64,000 nucleotides of DNA, from assembly GCA_030390025.1 (NCBI GenBank), contig JASTWF010000339.1, positions 310,001 through 374,000 of the forward strand, in the 5' to 3' direction. The notes beneath the pieces are model-generated. The model saw nothing but the letters and a program-made list of their open reading frames with translations, was not told the DNA's origin and made no database searches. The DNA comes from Squalus acanthias. Taxonomy: Eukaryota. Numbering within the stretch: the stretch's first letter is position 1; each line of letters begins with the position of its first letter. The translations under genes and the position numbers were made by a program. This document shows positions 37,651 to 47,707 of this stretch, piece after piece.

Positions 37651-40600
37651 TGACGTAATAAAGACTCACTACGCACTTGAACATAAAGCAAGGCTTTAAT
37701 CAACTTGTAACAAAACATGGAGGTCTAGTTAGCAGTCACTAGCTTCCTGTTTCCAGATTGTCTCTCCCCAAGGTGGGCCCATGCCTGAGTATTTATACTC
37801 CCTGGACGGCGCCCCAGCTGGCCGCCCAGTAGTACTTCCTGAGTTGTTACTTGCGATTTATGACATTCTTCCTCCCTAAAAGGTTTGGAAGTCCAGTCTT
37901 CCTTTAACGGACTAGGCGGACCAGAAATAGCCGCAGACGTTTAGCTCTCTGCTTGTGACTGGAAGGCACGTCTCCCCGGACCGTGTCCTGGTCCCTGGGT
38001 CGCTTGGCCCGTACCGGTAAGTCAGTAGAGTCCGCGTCATCTTGATCATCCTGTGGAGGACTGGGAATATCATGACTCCGGGTGCGGGTCCCCACAGGTG
38101 CTGAGCTGGCCTCATCCCGGGTCGTGGCTGGAGATTGTCCGGCGTCCTGGTTTCGGGTGGCCATCCTACTGGGAGCGTCCAGCTCCCTGAGTTGATCCGG
38201 TAGCGTTGCCGGCAGATCCCCCGATGTCCCAGGCGGGGCGTCATTTTCATAGGGGTGCGGAGTGTTGATATCATTGTCGGGGAATCCTTCATCATTCGGG
38301 CCCGTGTGACCGGTTGGGCAGGGAGCCAGATCTCGGAGCGAGACGGTGGTCTCCCGGCCATCAGGATACCGTACGTGCGCATACGTGGGGTTTACCTCCG
38401 TTAACTCCACCTCGTCAACGAGAGGGTCGTTTTTGGCAGACCGGACGAACCTCCGGAGTAGCACCGGGCCTGGAGCCACCAACCATGACGGTAGAGACGT
38501 CCCATGTGTAGAGCGACGCCGGAATTTGAAGAATCGCTCATGAGGCGTGACATTAGTAGATGTGGAGAGAAGAGACCTGATAGAGTGTAACGCGTCGGGG
38601 AGCACCGTTTCCCACTGCTGGTCCGGCAGGTTGCGTGACCTTAGTGCCAGACGGACAGCGTTCCAGATGATGGCATTGTATCGTTCAACCTGTCCGTTAC
38701 CGATTGGGTGATATGGTGTCGTCCTACTTGAGGCGATTCCCCGTTGGGAGAGATAACTTTTAAGTTCACTCGACATAAAGGAGGGACCCCGATCAGTGTG
38801 GATAAAATTGGCCGTCCCGCAAAGGGAAAAGACCTGATCGAGGCATTTAATTACCGTAGAGGTAAGCATTAGGGCAGGGGAAGGCGAAGGGAAAGCGTGA
38901 ATACTCGTCCACCATCGTAAGTAGGTAGGTGTTCCTTGTCGACGAAGGCAATGGCCCTTTAAAGTCTATGCTGAGCCTCTGCATAGGCTGCATTGCATGT
39001 GTGAGTAAGCCATCTGATGGGCGAAAGAATTGTGGTTTCAATTCTGCACAAATCCTACAGGAGGAGCATGTTTTCTTTACGTCCTCGGTTGAAAATGGTA
39101 GATTTTTGGAGCGCACAAAGTGCAACATGCGGGTCACACCAGGATGGCATAAGTCCATATGCAAATCCGCCAGAGTCGACGTTGACATTGAGGAGCAAAA
39201 TGCCCGTGTGAAGGTATCTGGGGCCACGTTCTGTTTGCCGGGTCGGTAACAGATAGTATATCCAAAGGCAGCCAGCTCCATCCTCCAGAGTTGAATTTTA
39301 TTATTTTTGATTTTCGTGCGCCTCCGGTTATCCAACATGAAGGCCACAGAGCGCTGGTCAGTTATAAGCGTAAAATGACGCTGAGCAAGAAAATGACCCC
39401 ATTGGCGTACAGCCTCGATGATGGCCGTAGCCTCCTTCTCGACGGGGGGGGTAATGGAGCTCGCTACCCTGCAAGGTTCTGGATAGGAATGCCACGGGTC
39501 GGCCACCTTGATTCAAGGTAGCGGAGATCGCCACCTCCGATGCATCGCATTCGACCACAAAAGGAAGATTTTCGTCAATGGAGCGAAGCGTGGCTTTCTC
39601 CAGCTGTCGTTTGAGGAGGTTGAAGGCAGAAATAGCCGTAGCTTCCAATGGAAAAGACTTCGCATGGAGCAGGGGCTGTATTTTATCGGAGAAGTGTGGT
39701 ATCCATTTTGCGTAATAAGCAAACATGCCAAGTGCCCGACGAAGAGAGCCGAGGTTCGTCGGGGGAGGGAGCTCCTGAAGTGGACGAAGTCGCTCTGGGT
39801 CCGGTTTAATAACACCGTTGCCCACCCAGTAGCCAAGAATGTTCACCGATGGCACCGACTTCACCGATTTGGATTCGTTTAACGTTAAGTGGCGACGGCG
39901 GAGTACGTCAAAAAATCTCTGAAGATTGGCGTCATGCTCCTTTTGATCATGGCCGGCAATAGTGATATTGTCTAAATACAGAAAGGTATCCGTCAAGTTC
40001 TCTTGCCGGACTAGGCCATCCATGGCCCGTTGGAAGACGGCCACCCCATTGGTGACCCCAAATGGAAGGCAGCGAAACTGGAAAAGCCGACCATTGGCCT
40101 CAAAGGCCGTATACTTCTTGTCGGAGTCTTGCAGTGGCACCTGATGGTACACGCTTTTTAAATCGAAGGTCGAGAATACCTTGTATTTGGCAAGGTTGTT
40201 GACCATGTCATCTATGCGTGGCAGCGGGTAGGCATCCAGATCGGTATATAGATTAATAGTCTGCGAATAATCGATACACAGACGTTTTTTATGTTGTTTT
40301 AAGGGATTCCTCACGATGACGACCTGAGCCCGCCAGGGAGATGAACATGGCTCGATAATACCGTCGACTAAAAGGCGAGAGATTTCCGCCTCAATAAACG
40401 CTCGATCATCTTGGCTAAAGCGCCGCGATTTGGTGGCTATGGGTTTACAGCGGGGGGGAAGATTGGCAAACAGGGAGGGTTCACCGAGTAAGGCCGCCGA
40501 GAGTGCACAAAACGGCACCTTAGAAATGGTAAGCCTTGACCCTCCAAACTCAAAAGTGATCTTCTTGTGCTGCTTCTGGAAGTCCTGTCCCAGAAGCACA

Positions 40601-42152
40601 TCGCTGCATAAGTTTGCGAGTACTCCGAGCCGGGTGGAGAGATACGTGCGGCCGTTGAGGATGAGGTTGACCAGACAGAAGCCAGAAGAATTGTTGGTCA
40701 GAGTCGTCAGAGCCATTGCTATCTCCCTGTCCGAGGGATAAATGTGCAGTTTTAACCTGTTGACAGCCCGCTTACTAATGAAGCTGTCAGAGCTGCAGGA
40801 GTCGATTAGCGCGCTTAGAGTGTGCCCATTTACTGAAACCTTCGTGGCTGCATGGGACAAACTTTGGGGAAAAACAGCCGTGATGGGAGGAGGGGCAATT
40901 TTCCCTTCGGCAACTGTAGCCTTAACAGTAGTTCTTGGGGGAGGAGCAGCTCCATAGATAGCAGCTGTGAAGCTAACAGGAGCTCTCGACCGGTATACTT
41001 TAGAGGAGCGGCCTTTCTTGTTAGCAAAGGCCCGTGACTGGCATACCTTGGAAAAGTGTCCTTTCTTGCTGCAATGATTGCAGGTCACATTACGAGCCGG
41101 GCAAAATTTTCTGTGATGGCACGCCCCTCCACAAAAGAAACACTTTCTTCCTGATTGCCAGGATGCTGCTAGGGCGGGGTCGTCATCAGCGAAGGCCTCT
41201 AGGGTAGGGTCGTCGTCTGTTAGAGTAGAGTCAACATCAGTGGGGGCATCCGCCCGAGACCTACCGAAAGACTCATTAAAGGAGATAGCCGCCGCCCGTG
41301 CACGTGGTGGGAGATAAGTGTCTGCATTTTTCTTGGCCAAGTCCAAGGAACACGCCTGGTCATAAGCAGCCCGTAAATTGAGGGTTTTATTTTCCAGCAG
41401 GCGCTGACGTATAAAAGGGGACGCGATTCCATTGATAAAGGAATCGCGGATTAGTTCCTCTTGATACTGTTCAGCTGAAACTGCTTTAAGGTTACAATCC
41501 TTGCTGAGCCTGCGAAGTTTCTGGAGAAATTCATCGAGTGATTCCCCAGGCTGCTGCCGAGTTGTGGCCAGTAGGTGTCGAGCAAAGATTTCATTTGGGG
41601 ACTTGACATATAGCTGCTGTAAGATTTCGATAGCAGTGTCATAGTCTATACAGTCCTCAATATAATCATACACATGAGGAGACACGTAGTTGATAAGCAT
41701 TCATAACTTATTAGGGACATCCGCCCCACATTCTTCAAGAAAGTTGCTAAAGGTACGAAACCAATGCTTCCATACCTTTGCTGCCGCAGGTGCATTCGGG
41801 TCCAGGTCGAGACGAGCGGGTCTAAGGAGTTTTTCCATGATGGATCAGTTTCTTGCCCAAGTTCCCTTCTGTGGTTCGAGTTGCAGCTGGTTGTTCCGAA
41901 TCACCCAAAGCGTGGAGACGATATCAAGTTGATTAAATTGACGTAATAAAGACTCACTACGCACTTGAACATAAAGCAAGGCTTTAATCAACTTGTAACA
42001 AAACATGGAGGTCTAGTTAGCAGTCACTAGCTTCCTGTTTCCAGATTGTCTCTCCCCAAGGTGGGCCCATGCCTGAGTATTTATACTCCCTGGACGGCGC
42101 CCCAGCTGGCCGCCCAGTAGTACTTCCTGAGTTGTTACTTGCGATTATGACA
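37651..42152 (-). mobile_element. Full-length Ty3/Gypsy (Mag-like) LTR retrotransposon, copy 1
   Basis: LTRs 37651-37865 and 41939-42152 (differ by one indel), TG..CA, 5-bp TSD CTCCT, PPT; gag with two CCHC knuckles, protease, RT, RNase H, integrase; two frameshifts. Confidence 0.97.
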
Positions 42153-42273
42153 CTCCTTTTACAGGGTATTAGAAGGGGAGGATTTGCAGACGGAAAACTC
42201 AAACCAAACATCACATCAAGCTCTGACAGAGTCACTTGATTCATCAGGACCTGAATATCATCGGCCTTTGCAC

Positions 42274-42888
42274 ATGGAAGGAGAATGCAGCGATCGCAGC
42301 GCGGACAAACTGCACACATGGTCCATGTGTGGACTCAGATTCAGCCAATTGCCTGACCTGGTGAGACACGTGCACCGTCACACCGGGGAGAAAGGCGGGG
42401 ATGGCGGGAAGGGATTCAGTTCCCCATCTGTGTTGGAAGAACATCAGCGCAGTCACACCGGTGTCAGTCCGTTCACCTGCTCCGTGTGTGGGAAGAGATT
42501 CACTCGGTCATCCAACCTGCTATCACACCAGCGAGTTCACACTGGAGAAAGGCCGTTCACCTGCTCCATGTGTGGGAAGGGATTCACGCAGTCGTCCAAC
42601 CTGCTGACACACCAGCGAGTTCATACTGGGGAGAGACCATTCACCTGCTCCGTGTGTGGGAAAGGATTCATTCGGTCATCCAACCTGCTGACACACCAGC
42701 AAGTTCACACTAGGGAGAGGCCGTTCACCTGCTCCGTGTGTGGTAAGGGATTCATTGATTCATCCCACCTGCTGACACACCAGCGAGTTCACACTGGGGA
42801 GAGGCCGTTCACCTGCTCCATGTGTGGGAAGGGATTCACTCAGTCATCCCACCTGCGGACGCACCAACAAGTTCACCCTGCTCCATAG
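42274..42888 (+). CDS. C2H2 zinc-finger protein C (5 intact + 2 degenerate fingers)
   Basis: Open frame 42184-42888, ATG at 42274 (start inferred), acceptor AG 42163-42164; upstream intron sequence 37400-37650 is homologous to that of ZNF B. Confidence 0.8.
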   Translation: MEGECSDRSADKLHTWSMCGLRFSQLPDLVRHVHRHTGEKGGDGGKGFSSPSVLEEHQRSHTGVSPFTCSVCGKRFTRSSNLLSHQRVHTGERPFTCSMCGKGFTQSSNLLTHQRVHTGERPFTCSVCGKGFIRSSNLLTHQQVHTRERPFTCSVCGKGFIDSSHLLTHQRVHTGERPFTCSMCGKGFTQSSHLRTHQQVHPAP

Positions 42889-43516
42889 GGCAGGGCCCTG
42901 CCGGCAGCTGGGGTAATGTGAACGGGGAAAATGTTTTATAAATTTTGTACTGCTGTTTAATCTTTCAGCCTGTTGAGCTGATGGTTCCTGGGGAACACAA
43001 GCCTAGTCTGTGCAACCTGTCCTCATAATTTAACCCTTTTAGCCCCGGTATGATTCTGGTGAATCTGCGCCAATATATCCTTCCTGAGGTGCGGTGCCCG
43101 GAACGGAACAGGAGAGCAGACTGACTGCGGCCTGCTAGACTGTTCAAGGTCAAAGCTCACCTAATCTGGTGACAGTAACAAAAGTGTGAGACGTAACAAA
43201 GGAAGAGATAAGGCGGCTGTTGAACTATTGGAAAAACAAGTCTACATATTGTATTCTGCCCAGCAACAGACTCAGGAAGCTAAGGCTACAAAACATCCAG
43301 ACTTACAGTGATTGTCTGGAGAACCATGAGCAACAATGGAGCAAGAAGAACGAGAACATCCTCAGCTCTCCCACAACAGGGCCCTGATCACCCTCAGCTC
43401 TGAGTGGAGCTCCCCAGAATAAGGTTGAATGACTTTGTTACCTGGTAAAAGTGTCAGGTCTGAATGTCAATAAAAATTATTCAAAACAATTCTAGAGTCT
43501 CGCGTGATTCTTCCAT

Positions 43517-43945
43517 GGCAGGTACAGCGCGGGTTAGATACAGAGTAAAGCTCCCTCTAAACTGTCCCATCTAACACTCCCAAGGCAGGAACAGCTCGGG
43601 GTTAGATACAGAATAAAGCTCCCTCTACACTGTCCCATCAAACACTCCCAGGGCAGGTACAGCGCGGGTTAGATACAGAGTAAAGCTCCCTCTAAACTGT
43701 CCCATCTAACACTCCCAAGGCAGGAACAGCTCGGGGTTAGATACAGAATAAAGCTCCCTCTACACTGTCCCATCAAACACTCCTAGGCAGAGACAGCAAG
43801 GGTTAGATACAGAGTAAAGCTCCCTCTACACTGTCCCATCAAACACTCCTAGGCAGAGACAGCAAGGGTTTGATACAAAATAAAGCTCCCTCTACACTGC
43901 CCCATCAAACACTCCCAGGACAGGTACAGCACGGGTTAGATACAA
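43517..43945. repeat. 67/68-bp tandem repeat, about 6.4 copies
   Basis: gggttagatacagagtaaagctccctctacactgtcccatcaaacactccca.ggcaggtacagc. Confidence 0.92.
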
Positions 43946-43947
43946 GA

Positions 43948-44085
43948 GTGTCAGCCGTGGCTCAGGCGGTAGCACTCTCGCCTCTGAGTCAAAAGGTTGT
44001 GGGTTGAAGTCCCACTCCAGAGACTCGAGTCCAAAACTCTGTGCTGCCACTCCAGTGCAGTGCTGAGGGAGTAAAGCACAGTGCA
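43948..44085 (+). mobile_element. Deu-domain SINE 5' (tRNA-like) fragment
   Basis: A box tggctcaggcgg and degenerate B box ggttgaagtcc; matches 54797-54920. Confidence 0.75.
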
Positions 44086-44348
44086 GAGTAAAGTTCCCTC
44101 TGCACTGCTCCACTAACATGCCTGAGCCCTAAACTCAGAAGAGCGCCCTCTACTGCATTCCACTTGTCTCAGCAGCGGGAGATGCAGGCGGCGGAAGTCC
44201 CGCCCCTCGGGCACCCCGATTGTTTGGAGGACCATCCGCCATCTCAGTCCTCCGAGCTCGGCCGCGCTCTCCCTATTGGTCGGAGCTCACGTCAGTCACC
44301 GCCGTGAAGTTGATCACGTGCCCCAGTCCGGCTCCCTGCAGAAGACAA

Positions 44349-45287
44349 ATATCAACAGAAAACGCTGGAAAAACTCAGCAGGCCAGGCAGCATCCGTGGA
44401 GAGAGCAAGAGAGTTAACGTTTCAGGTCGATGACCTTTCATCAGAACTGGGAAGAGCCGGAAATCAAATAGATTTAAGGCCAGGGTAAAGCTGGGAAAAG
44501 GGGGAGGGGATAAAGGAACAAAGGGGGAGATGAAGAGACATTAAGAGACATTAAGAGATATGCAAGGAACAAGGTTGAAGAGCCAAACGGAAATCCCGTC
44601 GAAGAGAAGAGCAGAACTTCTTCAGCCAGAGTAAAGCTGGGAAAAGGGGGAGGGGATAAAAGAACAAAGGGGGAGATGAAGAGACATTAAGAGACATTAA
44701 GAGATATGCAAGGCTAGAGGTGGTGTTAATGTGACAGATTAAGGCTGAAAGAAGTGTGAAATCCACTGGCAGAATGAAGGACAGCTGCCAGCTTCTAGGA
44801 GGAAAAAAAAGGTGGGGGAGGCAAATAAAAGGATGGAAAAAATAAAATATAAATGTGATTGGAGCTGAGGTTATGATCTAAAATTGTTGAACTCGATATT
44901 GAGTCCAGAGGGCTGTAGCGTGCCTAAACGAAAGATGAGGTGCTGTTCCTCGAGCTTACGCTGCGCTTCCGTGGAACAGTGTAATAGGCCGAGGACGGTG
45001 AGGTCAGAGTGGGAGTGAAGCGGTGAATTAAAGTGACAGGCCACCGGGAGCTCGGGGTCCCCCTTACGGACTGAACGGAGGTGTTCCGCAAAGCGGTCAC
45101 CCAATCTGCGTTTGGTCTCCCCAATGTAGAGGAGACCACATCGTGAGCAGCGAATACAGTATACTAAATTGCAGGAAGTACAAGTAAATCGCTGTTTCAC
45201 CTGGAAGGGGTGTTTGGGGCCCTGGACAGTGGGAAGAGGGGAGGTGTAAGGGCATGTGTTGCATCTCCTGCGCGTGCACGGGAAGGT
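44349..45287 (-). mobile_element. 5'-truncated Penelope-like element
   Basis: GIY-YIG ORF VYCIRCSRCGLLYIGETKR; TSD GAAGACAA 44341-44348 and 45288-45295; near-identical to 56090-56866. Confidence 0.92.
44412..44448 (-). ncRNA. Minimal type I hammerhead ribozyme motif
   Basis: AGTT-CTGATGA-A-AGGTC-ATC-GACCT-GAAACGTT-AACT. Confidence 0.82.
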
Positions 45288-45850
45288 GAAGACAACGGGC
45301 TGCGGCCGCTCAATCCGCTCCGCTCGGTGCCGGGAGGGCGCTGGGACGCTCCGGTTTGTATTTTATTTTTATTTATCTCCCCGCCCGCGCTTCTCTCCGC
45401 TATATATGAACAAAAACCTTACAAAACTCACTTTCCGCCGGTGATCCGGACGCTCAGACGGGGTGTGTGCTGAGCATGCGCGGTGCGGGCCGACGCCAGT
45501 GGAGCAGGAGGGGGGCGGGGCCATGGGGCGCATGCGCGGTGTCAGCCACAACTCAGCGCGGCGGCCGGAGCGCTTTCTGGAGCGCGGGGACTTGTGGGGA
45601 TTGCAGCCGCCATTACTGTTGATTCTTTCAACTAACCTGTGCAGCAGCTGGGGCCTGAAAATCAGCTACACTGCCCCTGGGCTGGGAAAGAGCGACATGG
45701 GACAACATTCTCCCTCTTACCCCTTTCTACACTCCTTTTACAGGGTTTTAGAAATGGAGCATTTACAGACAGGAAGCTCAAACCAAACATCACCTTAAGA
45801 TCAGACAGTCGTTCGATTCATCAGGACCTGAATATCATCGGCCTTTGCAC

Positions 45851-47230
45851 ATGGAAGGAGAGAGCAGTGATCGCAGCGTGGACAAACTACACACGTCTTC
45901 CGTGTGTGGACTCGGATTCAGCCGATCGCCTGACCTGACGAGACACGTGCACCGTCACACCGGGGAGAAACCGGGCAACGGTGGGGACGGCAGGATGGGA
46001 TTCAGTTCCCCACCTGCATCGGAAGTTCATCAGCGCAGTCACACCAGGGACAGTCCGTTCACCTGCTCCGTGTGTGGAAAGGGATTTGTTTATCCATCTC
46101 ACCTGCTGAGACACCAGCTTGTTCACACTGACGAGACACCGTTTAACTGTTCTTACTGTCGCAAGAGCTTTAAAAGCTCCGGGGCTCTGAAGGAACACCA
46201 GCTTATTTATACCGATGAGAGGCCATTTACATGTTCTGACTGTGGGAAGAGCTTTAAAAGCTCTCAGAATCTGACGACACACCAGCGAGTTCACACTGGG
46301 GAGAGGCCGTTCACCTGCTCCGTGTGTGGGAAGGGATTCACTCGGTCCTCGAGACTGCTGGAACACCAACAATTTCACACTGGGGAGAGGCCGTTCTCCT
46401 GCTCTGTGTGTGGGAAGGGATTCACTTGGTCATCCAACCTGCTGAGACACCAGCGAGTTCACACTGGGGAGCGACTGTTCACCTGCACCGTGTGTGGGAA
46501 GGGATTCGCTCAGTCCTCGACTCTGCTCGAACACCAGCGAGTTCACACTGGGGAGAGGCCGTTCACCTGCTCCGTGTGTGGGATGGGATTCACCTGCTCA
46601 TCCAACCTGCTGAAACACCAACGAGTTCACACAAATGAAAGGCCTTTCACCTACTCCGTGTGTGGGAAGGGATTCACTCAGTCATCCAACCTGTTGGCAC
46701 ACGGGCAAGTTCACACTGGGGAGAGACCGTTTAAATGTTCTGACTGTGGGAAGAGCTTTAAAAGCTCTGGAAATTTGACGACACACCAGCTTGCTCACAC
46801 CGGGGAGAGGCCATTCTCCTGCTCTGTGTCTGGGAAGGGATTCACTTGGTCATCCAACCTGCTGAAACACCAGCGACTTCACACTGGGGAGAGGCCTTTC
46901 TCCTGCTCTGTGTGTGGGAAGCGATTTACTCAGTCCTCGACTCTGGTTGAACACCAGCGAGTTCACACTGGGGAGAGGCCGTTCACCTGCTCTGTGTGTG
47001 GGAAGGGATTCACTCAGTCATCCAACCTGTTGCCATACCCACGAGTTCACACTGGGGAGAGGCCGCTTAAATGTTCTGACTGTAGGAAAAGTTTTAAAAG
47101 CTCCCAGGAGCTGAAGAGACTCGAGCTGGAGCGAGCAGGAGAGAAGCCGTTCACCTGCTCCATGTGTGGGAAGGGATTCACTCAGTCATCCCAGTTGCTG
47201 AGACACCAGCGAGTTCACAATGTCCATTAG
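45851..47230 (+). CDS. C2H2 zinc-finger protein D (16 finger repeats, 9 with intact C2H2 ligands)
   Basis: 459-aa open frame from ATG 45851; acceptor ttttacAG 45742-45743. Confidence 0.85.
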   Translation: MEGESSDRSVDKLHTSSVCGLGFSRSPDLTRHVHRHTGEKPGNGGDGRMGFSSPPASEVHQRSHTRDSPFTCSVCGKGFVYPSHLLRHQLVHTDETPFNCSYCRKSFKSSGALKEHQLIYTDERPFTCSDCGKSFKSSQNLTTHQRVHTGERPFTCSVCGKGFTRSSRLLEHQQFHTGERPFSCSVCGKGFTWSSNLLRHQRVHTGERLFTCTVCGKGFAQSSTLLEHQRVHTGERPFTCSVCGMGFTCSSNLLKHQRVHTNERPFTYSVCGKGFTQSSNLLAHGQVHTGERPFKCSDCGKSFKSSGNLTTHQLAHTGERPFSCSVSGKGFTWSSNLLKHQRLHTGERPFSCSVCGKRFTQSSTLVEHQRVHTGERPFTCSVCGKGFTQSSNLLPYPRVHTGERPLKCSDCRKSFKSSQELKRLELERAGEKPFTCSMCGKGFTQSSQLLRHQRVHNVH

Positions 47231-47707
47231 CACAGGGCTCTGCAGACAGCTGGGGTGACATGAACGTGGAATGGATGAATGTTTTATAAATTCTTGTACT
47301 GATGTTTAATCTTTAAGACTGTTGAGCTGATGATTCCCATTGTTTGACTGTTCATGGTGTTCCATAGAATGTACAGCACAGAAACAGGCCATTCGGCCCA
47401 ACTGGTCCATGTCAGTGTTTATGCCCCACACCCACCCTACTTCAATTAACCCGATCAACATCTCCTCCCATTCCTTTCTCCCTCATGTGGCTTCCCCATA
47501 AATGCATCTGTGCTGTTCCTCTCAACTACTCCTTGTGGTAGCGAGTTCCCCATTCTACCACTCGCTGGGTAAAGACATTTCTCCTGAATTCCCTGCTGGA
47601 TTTATTTATGCTCCCATAAATATGATGAGATTCTGTTAAGCTGACCAGTATGTTGTTGTACTTTGTCTTTTTCTGATGAATGAAACATTACTGAGCCCCT
47701 GTACCCG

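Larger units (their letters stand above)
44180..45620 (+). promoter_or_regulatory. CpG-rich promoter/first intron of ZNF D, interrupted by a Penelope element
   Basis: ETS-like GGAAGT, reverse CCAAT, CACGTG, NRF1-type GCGCATGCGC 45528-45537; paralogous to 60860-61410. Confidence 0.6.
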
